From positions 17,748 to 81,747 of the forward strand of contig CALEBF010000012.1 in NCBI GenBank assembly GCA_937944975.1: 64,000 bases of DNA, in the 5' to 3' direction. Under the pieces are notes generated by a model. It did not search any database. It was given only the letters and a program-made list of their open reading frames with translations, and was not told the origin of the DNA. This document shows positions 20,288 through 29,094 of this stretch, piece by piece. The position numbers and the translations under genes were made by a program. The stretch is from an uncultured Mycoplasmatota bacterium. Its GTDB lineage: Bacteria; Bacillota_I; Bacilli_A; RF39; UBA660. Positions within the stretch are counted from its first letter, which is position 1, and every line of letters begins with the position of its first letter.

Positions 20288-20734
20288 ATGCGAACATATT
20301 ATATTTTTCATATCAAAAGAGAATGTACTACATATTACAAGGAAAAGCCGAAGGATTTATATCAATTGCTTCATCATTTATTTTTAATGCCAAGACATTA
20401 TGGACGTTACGGGATTTCTTTCTACGACCAAGTTTGTAACCATTTTGATCAAGAAATCTTAAATTTTTATCTTTCAGGAAAATTTCAATTACAACCGCAA
20501 AATGGGATTTTTTACTTTCCGGAAGGAAACTTAGTCCAAATACAGTCATCTTGTTGTATCGTACGAACGAATTCTAACTTTCCAGCAATTTTTCGTACGT
20601 TTTATTATTATAGCCGGGATTTATTTGTCTGTGATTTTTATAATCAAGATTATTTTTGGCTTTCAAAACACTATCATGAAATCCGAAAGACCTCATATAA
20701 TAAAATAGGAGTTGAAAAGATAGGGAATATCTAG
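20288..20734 (+). CDS. sirA: SirA (YneE)-like sporulation inhibitor of replication, putative
   Basis: 148 aa, N-terminus M.RTYYIFHIK resembles SirA. Position tkt-sirA-yneF matches B. subtilis. Confidence 0.45.
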   Translation: MRTYYIFHIKRECTTYYKEKPKDLYQLLHHLFLMPRHYGRYGISFYDQVCNHFDQEILNFYLSGKFQLQPQNGIFYFPEGNLVQIQSSCCIVRTNSNFPAIFRTFYYYSRDLFVCDFYNQDYFWLSKHYHEIRKTSYNKIGVEKIGNI

Positions 20735-20764
20735 TAAAATGTAGTATATAAGGAGGAATGAAAA

Positions 20765-20983
20765 ATGGCATTTGTGATAGATTTATTACAAATTTTAGGT
20801 GGTTTTATCGTAGGAGCGATTGCAGGATTCTTTATTGCTCGTAATTATATGAAAAAGTATATGAAGAAAAACCCACCTATTAATGAACAAATGATTCGTG
20901 CGATGATGTCGCAGATGGGGAGAACTCCAAGTCAAAAACAAGTAAAACAAACAATGAAAGCAATGACTAAGTACATGGACTAG
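20765..20983 (+). CDS. yneF: UPF0154 family small membrane protein YneF
   Basis: 72 aa, N-terminal TM followed by a basic tail. Syntenic with B. subtilis yneF. Confidence 0.6.
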   Translation: MAFVIDLLQILGGFIVGAIAGFFIARNYMKKYMKKNPPINEQMIRAMMSQMGRTPSQKQVKQTMKAMTKYMD

Positions 20984-21013
20984 CATTGCTTTTTATTTGA
21001 GGAGGAATAAAGA

Positions 21014-21715
21014 GTGAAAAAAATAGGGGTATTGGCACGTCCGGAAAAACACGATGAGAGATTGTATTGGTGTATCAATGGAGAGATAAAACAAGTGATT
21101 ATGGAGTATGGATATTTACCGTATCTCATATATCCAACACATTTAAATGACGAATTAAATGAAAAAGATTTCCATATGTTAGAAGAACAATTAAAAGAAT
21201 GCAGTGGCGTTATATTACAAGGAGGTTCAGAAATTTATGGCTATGATCGATATGCGTGTTCTTATTTATACGAACATGATATTCCTACTTTGGGAATTTG
21301 TTTAGGAATGCAGACGATGGCAGAAGGAAAACTGGGACGTTTGGAAGATATGAAAATAAAACAACACTACGATAGAAAAGATGCATCGTATGCACATGAA
21401 AATTGGATTCAACCAGGAACAAGATTGTTCGACATCGTGGAAGAGATCAAAATTCCAGTTAATTCTAGGCATCATGATTATGTTTTAGATACGGATTTTT
21501 TTGTTAGTTCTTATAGTAAAGATGGAATTATCGAAGCGATCGAAGATACACATAAAAAATTTTATATTGGGGTACAGTGGCATCCAGAGTCTATGATCGC
21601 ATATGATAAAGTAAGTAAAAAGTTATTTGATGCATTTTTTCAAATGATAGGAGGCCAAAATGAAACTAAAACAAATAGCGCACATCGTGAACGGGAAGAT
21701 CCTTTCAGGGAGTGA
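21014..21715 (+). CDS. class I glutamine amidotransferase-like / peptidase C26 gamma-glutamyl hydrolase family protein
   Basis: GICLGMQ nucleophile motif and H..WHPE. Confidence 0.7.
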   Translation: MKKIGVLARPEKHDERLYWCINGEIKQVIMEYGYLPYLIYPTHLNDELNEKDFHMLEEQLKECSGVILQGGSEIYGYDRYACSYLYEHDIPTLGICLGMQTMAEGKLGRLEDMKIKQHYDRKDASYAHENWIQPGTRLFDIVEEIKIPVNSRHHDYVLDTDFFVSSYSKDGIIEAIEDTHKKFYIGVQWHPESMIAYDKVSKKLFDAFFQMIGGQNETKTNSAHREREDPFRE

Positions 21716-23015
21716 CGAACGAGATATACATGATCACGTCTCTATCGATACGCGTACGATGAGTGAGGGAGATATATTTATTGCTATTGTAGGAAAAACG
21801 CAAGATGGGCATATCTACGTGAAAGAAGCTGAGAAAAAGAAAGCAGGCGTTATCATCGTATCGCAGGAAATAGAAGATGTTTCAGCTCCGGTGATATTGG
21901 TATCCGATACGACAGAAGCTCTTTTGGCAATGGCAAAACACCATAAAAACACGCATTTTCACGGACTTTTGATTGCGATCACTGGTAGTGTCGGAAAGAC
22001 GACGACGAAGGAAATGGTCGCTCACATTTTGAGTAAAAAGTATCGTGTAGCAAAGTCTCCGGGAAATTATAACAATCATATAGGCGTCCCCCTTACTTTA
22101 CTATCCTTACAAGATGCGGATGAAATTTGTGTTCTTGAGTTGGGCATGAATCATGAGGGAGAAATTTCGAGACTTTCACGTATAAGTGAACCTCACGTTG
22201 CAATGATAACGAAAATAGGAAGTGCTCATATTGGATTCTTAGGTTCTATGGAACGTATTATGCATGCGAAAATGGAAATTACAGACGGTTTGAAAAATGG
22301 AATATTATTGGTGAATGGCGATGATAAGCGATTGAGTAAGTTAAGAGATACGAAAAATTATCAAGTAGGTTTTTGTGGTATCCGTAGAAACGCGATGACA
22401 AAAGTAAGTGAAATTGACGCAACTCTAGATACTTTATCATTTCAACTTTTAGAAGATCATAAGAAATATCACTTCTTTTATCCTTATGGAGGTAAGCATC
22501 TACTTACAAACTTACTTTTAGCGATTGAAATGGGTATTTTATGTGATGTTCCTATCGAATTGATCCAGGAAGCAGTGAGAGAAATGCCTTGTTTTGAAAA
22601 AAGATTAGAAAAAATCTCTTTAAAAGGAAATAATATTCTAATCGACGATACATATAATGCTAGTTTAGATTCTGTACTTGCTGACATTGATTATATGAAT
22701 CTTTATCATGGGAAAAAATTGTTTATATTCGGAGATATTTTAGAGGTAGGTACATTTGGAAAAAGGATTCACCGGGAAATCGCGAAGAAATTAAAGAAAT
22801 GTCACAATTTAGAAGTCCTTTGTATCGGAGAAGAAACAAAGCAATTTTCCAAACTGTTAAAGCGATGTGCACATTTTGATACAGCAGACGAATTAATGAA
22901 AACATTAGATTATGCGAAATTAGAAGATACTTTTATTTTGGTAAAAGGATCGCGTAAGATGCATTTGGATCTGGTTGCTACGAAGATAAAGGATGATTGG
23001 AAGTTATCGAATTGA
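21660..23015 (+). CDS. murF: UDP-N-acetylmuramoyl-tripeptide--D-alanyl-D-alanine ligase
   Basis: Mur-ligase P-loop ITGSVGKTTTKEM and MurF-type N-terminus. Overlaps the upstream gene by 56 nt. Confidence 0.85.
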   Translation: MKLKQIAHIVNGKILSGSDERDIHDHVSIDTRTMSEGDIFIAIVGKTQDGHIYVKEAEKKKAGVIIVSQEIEDVSAPVILVSDTTEALLAMAKHHKNTHFHGLLIAITGSVGKTTTKEMVAHILSKKYRVAKSPGNYNNHIGVPLTLLSLQDADEICVLELGMNHEGEISRLSRISEPHVAMITKIGSAHIGFLGSMERIMHAKMEITDGLKNGILLVNGDDKRLSKLRDTKNYQVGFCGIRRNAMTKVSEIDATLDTLSFQLLEDHKKYHFFYPYGGKHLLTNLLLAIEMGILCDVPIELIQEAVREMPCFEKRLEKISLKGNNILIDDTYNASLDSVLADIDYMNLYHGKKLFIFGDILEVGTFGKRIHREIAKKLKKCHNLEVLCIGEETKQFSKLLKRCAHFDTADELMKTLDYAKLEDTFILVKGSRKMHLDLVATKIKDDWKLSN

Positions 23016-23078
23016 AATGAAAACAATTGACACAATTTGCAAATAAATATACAATGAAGTAGCAAGGGAAGAGGGTTT

Positions 23079-23579
23079 ATGAAAGATATTAAATTTAAAG
23101 AAGGAAATGACTTATTTAACTACAGGGTGGCAGCGGTAATCGAATCGAATTCGAAATATTTATTTCAGAAAATGCCAAATGATATGAATTATACGTTGGT
23201 AGGAGGAAGAGTTCGTTTCATGGAGTCGACAAAAGAGGCCTTAATTAGAGAAGTTTTAGAAGAAGTTGGATACGATATTACAAATGATGACTATCACGTT
23301 GCAGAGATTGCTGAAAATTTTTTTGATTATAAAGATGAAGAAGGAGTTATTCATAAGGTTCAAACATTGTTATTTATCTATAAAGTAAAAATTTTAAAGA
23401 AATCAAACATTATCAAAGATACAATTTTTACAATGCAGGACAAAGACAGTACGACTCTACATTGGCTTAGTTATGATGAAGCAAAAAAAGCTTCTATCTT
23501 ACCATCTATAGCAAAACGCTTGCTACAAGAAGATTCATTGCAATATGAAGTTATAAATGACTGTAAGTATGGAAAATAA
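23079..23579 (+). CDS. NUDIX hydrolase
   Basis: Nudix box GGRVRFMESTKEALIREVLEEVG. Confidence 0.7.
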   Translation: MKDIKFKEGNDLFNYRVAAVIESNSKYLFQKMPNDMNYTLVGGRVRFMESTKEALIREVLEEVGYDITNDDYHVAEIAENFFDYKDEEGVIHKVQTLLFIYKVKILKKSNIIKDTIFTMQDKDSTTLHWLSYDEAKKASILPSIAKRLLQEDSLQYEVINDCKYGK

Positions 23580-23893
23580 TATATAAAGTCCAAGTAATAT
23601 AAAATTCAAGTAAAAACGTAGATACTTTTATTTAGAGTCTATGTTTTTATTTTCATGAAAAATAGAAGGAATTTTGAATTATAGTTTATATCATATTTAT
23701 AGAGAGTTATTGAAGAAGTGATCTTTTGATAACATTAGGAAGATTGTTTTATTTATCGATTATATAAAATTTATCCCTTTTTTCCTGACAACTGGACAAG
23801 CGTGTGATATTTTGCTATATTATTAGTGCATAAGTGATTATGCTGTGCGCTGTTGCATATAATAATAACGCAACTTGTTGCAAAAAAAAGCTA

Positions 23894-23995
23894 GTGATTC
23901 CCACTATGAGAGGAAATTGAAAAGAAGCGATTCCGGCTTTGACAGGAACTTAAAAAAGCGGCGATTCCGGCCATAACAGTGAACTTAAAAAAGGG
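23894..23995 (+). ncRNA. ToxI/antiQ-like antitoxin RNA: about 2.9 tandem 33-34-nt repeats
   Basis: Units begin at 23894, 23927 and 23961 (GYGATTCC...ARGAAMTTRAAAAG). They lie directly upstream of a terminator and a ToxN-family gene, as in type III TA loci. Confidence 0.6.
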
Positions 23996-24026
23996 ACTAG
24001 AGAGCAAACTCTAGTCCTATTTTTTA
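23994..24026 (+). terminator. rho-independent terminator between antitoxin repeats and toxin gene
   Basis: GGACTAGAG-agcaaa-CTCTAGTCC followed by TTTTTT. Confidence 0.75.
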
Positions 24027-24057
24027 ATTAGAATGCAATATGTTCGAAGGTGATTTT

Positions 24058-24567
24058 ATGAAAAATTTTATATTGGTAAGATTGGATTATAATTATTGTG
24101 ATTATTTAAGACAGTTTGATGATAAAGTTCCTTATAATAAAAATAAAAAAGAATTAAGACCATTTATAGGAATTTTATTTGAAAGAAATAATTGTAAGTA
24201 CTTTGCACCATTATCTAGTCCTAAGCCGAAACATAAAACAATGAAAACTACTTTAGATTTTCTAAAAATAGACAATGGTAATTTAGGAACAATTAATTTT
24301 AATAATATACTACCAGTAACAAATCAAAATATCATTAAGTTGGATTTAGATAAGGATTGTTTTACAAGACAAGAAGAAAAATACATAAAGTTGTTAAAGG
24401 AACAATTGTTTTGGTTAAACCGTAATGATGATAAATTATATGGTAGATCTAAAAAGTTATATAATAAATACGTTAATGGGATATTAAATCATGGTATTGC
24501 TAAAAGATGCTGTAATTTTACATTATTGGAGGAAAAATGTATCGAATATAATAGAATCAAAACATAG
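24058..24567 (+). CDS. toxN: ToxN/AbiQ-family endoribonuclease toxin (type III toxin-antitoxin / abortive infection)
   Basis: Recalled ToxN/AbiQ hallmarks: YL..FDDKVP, PFIGI..E....Y.APLSSPKPKH, C.F.LLEEK. AAGGTGA RBS before the ATG at 24058. Confidence 0.75.
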   Translation: MKNFILVRLDYNYCDYLRQFDDKVPYNKNKKELRPFIGILFERNNCKYFAPLSSPKPKHKTMKTTLDFLKIDNGNLGTINFNNILPVTNQNIIKLDLDKDCFTRQEEKYIKLLKEQLFWLNRNDDKLYGRSKKLYNKYVNGILNHGIAKRCCNFTLLEEKCIEYNRIKT

Positions 24568-24592
24568 ATACCGTTGTTTTGATATCTATGTT

Positions 24593-24973
24593 TTATTTTT
24601 GATTTGCTCTCATATTGATTCCGAGCATACTACCAAATATTGTAATCATCATTAAAATAGCGTCGTATAAAATGTTTGTAAGACGGAATGGATCATCCAG
24701 GAAGAATAGTTGAATGAGTGTAAATATGATGATAAAGCCTAGACTCAGTTTTAGACCTTCTAACCATCCCTTTGATTTACTTTTTTTACCAAGTAGGATA
24801 CCTGCTGCAAACAGCGACAAAAACGGTATTAGTAATTTTAGAATGGTAAAAAAGTTCCCTGTTACAAGGTTGAAATAGTTTAGAATCGTTAAAATAAAAC
24901 TAGATACTAACAGCGATAACAATCCAACTCCTAAACAGATTCCCATGGTTTCAAAATATTTTTTGTAATTCAT
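24593..24973 (-). CDS. small integral membrane protein
   Basis: 126 aa with 3-4 TM segments. Confidence 0.4.
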   Translation of the reverse strand: MNYKKYFETMGICLGVGLLSLLVSSFILTILNYFNLVTGNFFTILKLLIPFLSLFAAGILLGKKSKSKGWLEGLKLSLGFIIIFTLIQLFFLDDPFRLTNILYDAILMMITIFGSMLGINMRANQK

Positions 24974-25045
24974 AATCTCACCTAATATAATCTATGTGTT
25001 TGTATAAAAAAATATGTTTGGCTCATAACAAAATAGGGTGATACT

Positions 25046-25675
25046 ATGTATATTGTAATCATTTTAAAAACAATATTTCTCTATCTTTTTATTATGGTAG
25101 GATTCCGTATTATGGGGAAAAAGGAAGTGGGACAGTTAAGTGTCATTGATTTGATCGTATCTATTTTAATTGCAGAACTTGCTGCGCTTTCTTTGGAAAC
25201 TGCAGAACAGTCATTATTAAAGTCTATCGTTCCCATTACGACGTTAATTTTGATTCAAATCTCGCTTAGTTATTGGTCCTTGAAGAATAGTAAAGTTCGA
25301 ACGATTTTAGAAGGAAGTCCGACCGTTATCATCAAAGATGGAAAGTTGAATTTTAGTGCGATGTCAAAAATTAGATATAGTTTAGATGATCTTATCTTAC
25401 AATTACGCGAAAAAGGATATCAAAGTATTGAAGAGGTTAGTTTTGCAATCTTAGAGAATAATGGCTCTTTATCTGTTTTTGAAGGAACGCACGAATATCC
25501 TATGCCTCTTATTTTAGATGGCGTGATCGACGAGGTCGTCTTAGGAGAGATCGGAAAAGATAAAGGATGGCTAATGAGACTTTTGGATCGTAAAAAGGTA
25601 CGGTTAGAGAACGTATTTTATGCATTTTATACGAAGAAAAAAACGTTTATTATTACGCAAGATGAATTAGAATAA
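25046..25675 (+). CDS. DUF421 (YetF-like) membrane protein
   Basis: N-terminal TM segments then the MGKKEVGQLSVIDLIV pattern typical of DUF421. Confidence 0.55.
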   Translation: MYIVIILKTIFLYLFIMVGFRIMGKKEVGQLSVIDLIVSILIAELAALSLETAEQSLLKSIVPITTLILIQISLSYWSLKNSKVRTILEGSPTVIIKDGKLNFSAMSKIRYSLDDLILQLREKGYQSIEEVSFAILENNGSLSVFEGTHEYPMPLILDGVIDEVVLGEIGKDKGWLMRLLDRKKVRLENVFYAFYTKKKTFIITQDELE

Positions 25676-25677
25676 AA

Positions 25678-25706
25678 ATAAAATGTCTTTTGGACATTTT
25701 ATTTTT
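25678..25706. terminator. bidirectional terminator
   Basis: AAATGTC-ttttg-GACATTT flanked by A- and T-runs. Confidence 0.6.
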
Positions 25707-26724
25707 CGATGTAATGATAGTTACTAGAGCGAATCAAACGATTCATGATTGCGATCCCAAGGCCTTCTTTTTTTACTCCTTCGATTAAAATTTGCGTTGG
25801 TTCATAGGTATCAACTTTTCTAAGGAGTGTAAATATATTATGTGAAATCTCATCATAGTTATGGATACTTCCATGAGAGACAAATTTATCGCAGCGAATT
25901 TTATTTTCATGTTCTTTAAACCCAATCACAACGGTACCAGGCGTAACGTTTTCGTTTACAAGATCAATCTGTGTTTTTTCGTCATCGCTATAAATTAGGA
26001 TACAAGGACTTTTAGGCGCATAGTGTTTATATTTCATTCCTGGGCTTCTGACAACTCCCTCTGCTTTTTCGAAGATATGTTTGTCGATTGATACGATCCC
26101 TACGACTTCTTTGATATCCTCTGGTGTGATTTTTCCGGGCCTTAAAATGGTTGGAATTCCATCGATGACGCGTACGACAGTCGATTCGATCCCGATATCA
26201 GATGGTCCGCCATCGATGATGATGTCTACCTTTCCATCAAACTCTTCCTTGATATCTTCGATGTTGGTTCCACTTGGCCTGCTGGATATATTTGCGCTTG
26301 GAGCAGCGACTGGAACATCTGCACACTTCAAAATTTCATGTGCGATTTTATTGGAAGGCATGCGGATTCCTACGGTATCTAAGTGAGCAGATACGTTATC
26401 TGGAACGATCGATTTCTTTTTTAAGATGAGTGTAAAAGGTCCAGGGAAAAAAGCATCGATCAGTTTCTTTTCCATATTGTTGATATCACAAGCAAGTTCG
26501 TCTAATTGTTTAAAATCGTGAATATGGACGATGAGAGGGTTGTCATTTGCTCTTCCTTTTGCCTCAAAAATATGGTCGACCGCATCTTTTCGTAATGCGT
26601 TCGCACCCACACCATATACAGTTTCTGTTGGGAATATTACGAGTCCACCATTTTGCAAGACTTGTGCAGCCCTTTGTAGTTCTTCTTTATTGATCGCTTG
26701 TTTAAAATCGTAAATTTTTGTCAT
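25699..26724 (-). CDS. tsaC: L-threonylcarbamoyladenylate synthase (Sua5/YwlC long form)
   Basis: ETVYGVGANA motif in the YrdC domain plus Sua5 C-terminal domain. 341 aa. Confidence 0.85.
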   Translation of the reverse strand: MTKIYDFKQAINKEELQRAAQVLQNGGLVIFPTETVYGVGANALRKDAVDHIFEAKGRANDNPLIVHIHDFKQLDELACDINNMEKKLIDAFFPGPFTLILKKKSIVPDNVSAHLDTVGIRMPSNKIAHEILKCADVPVAAPSANISSRPSGTNIEDIKEEFDGKVDIIIDGGPSDIGIESTVVRVIDGIPTILRPGKITPEDIKEVVGIVSIDKHIFEKAEGVVRSPGMKYKHYAPKSPCILIYSDDEKTQIDLVNENVTPGTVVIGFKEHENKIRCDKFVSHGSIHNYDEISHNIFTLLRKVDTYEPTQILIEGVKKEGLGIAIMNRLIRSSNYHYIEK

Positions 26725-26800
26725 ATTTTCACCCGGTGAATATTATACACTCAATTTTTGAAAAAATATAGTATAATAAAAATAGAATAGGAGTGAGGAC

Positions 26801-27379
26801 ATGGGCCATAACCGCAAAGAACAAATGAGACGATATTTTAATGCATCTTACGATTCTAAATTACATTTGAATCAACATTATATAAAAGGAGAAAAAGCTG
26901 TAATTCCAATTCACGTAGAAGCAACCTCGGATATCTATTCTCAGTACGACAAAGAAAACAGAGTTTTAAATGAAACTTTAGTTTCTTATATCGAGCAGAT
27001 TGCTTATTATATTCCATATCAACATTCGATCGTATTGGAGTTCGAGGGAATGACTTTTTCCGAGGAAGAAAAAGCTCTGCTCGTCGATGCGATCACGGAT
27101 CAATTTGGACTTGTTACACACGATATGTCTGTAGAACTTAGGTATAACACGATCAAGTCGATCAATCTATTTTTGATCGGATGTCTCGTACTCGCCTTAT
27201 CGTTTTTCTTGCGCAATGTCGAACATATGAATTATTTTAGCGAAATTCTGTCGATCATAGGAACGTTTTCTATCTGGGAATTTGTCAATACGATCTGGTT
27301 TGAACGTAAGATGAAAAAGATTGACAAGATGAATTCTGGTCAACTTTCTTCATGCACTGTTACATTTGTCGAAGATTAG
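26801..27379 (+). CDS. hypothetical membrane protein
   Basis: Two C-terminal hydrophobic segments. No family recognised. Confidence 0.35.
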   Translation: MGHNRKEQMRRYFNASYDSKLHLNQHYIKGEKAVIPIHVEATSDIYSQYDKENRVLNETLVSYIEQIAYYIPYQHSIVLEFEGMTFSEEEKALLVDAITDQFGLVTHDMSVELRYNTIKSINLFLIGCLVLALSFFLRNVEHMNYFSEILSIIGTFSIWEFVNTIWFERKMKKIDKMNSGQLSSCTVTFVED

Positions 27380-28674
27380 GCATCATGAAACATTTTTCGT
27401 ACGGAAAGATATTGGTGAAGTGTTACGTAGATAACGTTACTTGCCATTGCGATGACGAGTCCCCACATACCGATATTTAGGTAGCTTGCTCCAAACAGAA
27501 TGAGTGTACGTAAAACCATTCCTTGCAGTGTTCCCATCATGGCAGTTTTTGCTTTCCCTGTTGCCTGAAGAGTGCTTGTGAGAGGGGCTTGGATATAATG
27601 GAGAATAAAAATAGGAGCGAGGACTCTTAGATAATCGACTCCTTGATTGGTGTGATAAATAAGATGTAGAAAGATTTCTGGAAATAGACAAAATAGAATT
27701 GTAATAGGAATTCCGATAAGCAAAGAAAACCCAATTGCCTGTCGGATTTTTGTTTTTGTATAGGTATAACGTCTTTTTTCGTAGTTGCGACTTACGACCG
27801 GAATCAATGCTTGGCTGATTGCCATAGAAAAGAAAGATGGAAGTAGCAATAGTGGGAGGACGTATCCATTTAAAATTCCATATTGATTGACGATGAAGGA
27901 ATTAGAATATCCAATTTTTAATAGGACGTACGTTAAGAGAATCGGTTCAAAAAAAGATCCAATACTTCCAATGAGTCTACTGCCTGTTGCAGGCAAACTA
28001 ATCGATAGAATCTCTTTGATGTTTTTCTTTTTCGGTTTGAAATCTTGTTTTGAAATTGTAAAGTTTTTCGGTAAAAAGAAGAAGAGAACGAGAATTGAAG
28101 TGAGTTCGCTTGCGATATTTGATAGAATGATAAAAGCGACCGCATATTCGATTCCCTTGACGAGAAAAATGGGAATTCCAATGGCGAGAATTACGAGTCT
28201 TACGATATCCTCAGTAACGTTGGACACGACGTGAGGTACCATGCGTTGTTTTCCAAAAAAGTATCCGCGCAAGATACTAGAAACACTGATAAACGGAAGG
28301 ACAAAGCCGATTGCGATGAGTCCGTAAAAGCATCTGGGTTCGTGTAAAAGTTCTGAAGCAAGATACGAAGCTCCAAAGAAAAGACCAATTAAGATAATGA
28401 AATTGAGAATAAGAGAGATAGGCAAAATGGAGAAGACTAAATTTTTATGATCGTTTCGTTCTTTGGCTACGAGTGTGGAGATGGCGATTGGAAAACCGAG
28501 TTGCGCAAGGGCAATCAACAGCATGAACGTAGGATTCATAAGCATGTAAATTCCGATTCCTTCTGTTCCAATTAAACGTGTCATGACGATTTTGATCATC
28601 ATTCCTAGAATTTTGGTGATGAGACCGCCGATCATTAAAATAATAGTGGAACGAATAAATTTGCTTTTGTACAT
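27376..28674 (-). CDS. MOP-superfamily flippase (SpoVB / polysaccharide biosynthesis protein family)
   Basis: About 12-14 TM segments. N-terminus LIGTEGIGIYMLMNPTF typical of SpoVB/Wzx-like MOP exporters. Confidence 0.6.
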   Translation of the reverse strand: MYKSKFIRSTIILMIGGLITKILGMMIKIVMTRLIGTEGIGIYMLMNPTFMLLIALAQLGFPIAISTLVAKERNDHKNLVFSILPISLILNFIILIGLFFGASYLASELLHEPRCFYGLIAIGFVLPFISVSSILRGYFFGKQRMVPHVVSNVTEDIVRLVILAIGIPIFLVKGIEYAVAFIILSNIASELTSILVLFFFLPKNFTISKQDFKPKKKNIKEILSISLPATGSRLIGSIGSFFEPILLTYVLLKIGYSNSFIVNQYGILNGYVLPLLLLPSFFSMAISQALIPVVSRNYEKRRYTYTKTKIRQAIGFSLLIGIPITILFCLFPEIFLHLIYHTNQGVDYLRVLAPIFILHYIQAPLTSTLQATGKAKTAMMGTLQGMVLRTLILFGASYLNIGMWGLVIAMASNVIYVTLHQYLSVRKMFHDA

Positions 28675-28816
28675 ACGATCACCTGATTCATCATATGAAA
28701 GGATAGGACAAAAAATACGATAGCAGGTGAATTCTTTTAAAAACGTATCGATAACACTTTAAAAACATAGGAAATTGGTTTATAATAAATATGAGCTTAT
28801 CGAGGTTAGGAGGAAA

Positions 28817-29081
28817 TATGGCAGACACTTTTCAAACGCAGCAAGAGTTGTATCGCAGAGTTCGACCTGCCCTTAGTTCTAAAGCGGAAGAGATGCGCCG
28901 CTTGGGATATACGTTTATCAAAGAAGAGGACGTGTGGAATTTTTTGAAAGAATCGAAGTGGAAGCAGGCAAAAGGACTTTCTTTAGCACAACTTGTAAGT
29001 GATATTTTAAATGCGGAAAACGACTTGATTCAAAAGTATGTTTTGGATCGGTTAAAGCATGTAGAAAGAAAGATAGATTAA
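28817..29081 (+). CDS. comN: post-transcriptional regulator ComN (YrzD)-like protein
   Basis: About 88 aa. Directly upstream of secDF, as yrzD is in B. subtilis. Confidence 0.5.
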
Positions 29082-29094
29082 CAGGAGGAGTTTT

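Noticed and set aside
23894-23995. Possible CRISPR array (direct repeats of about 34 nt)
   Set aside because: There are only about three contiguous, imperfect copies with no intervening spacers and no cas genes. The layout (repeats, terminator, ToxN-family gene) fits a type III TA antitoxin RNA instead.
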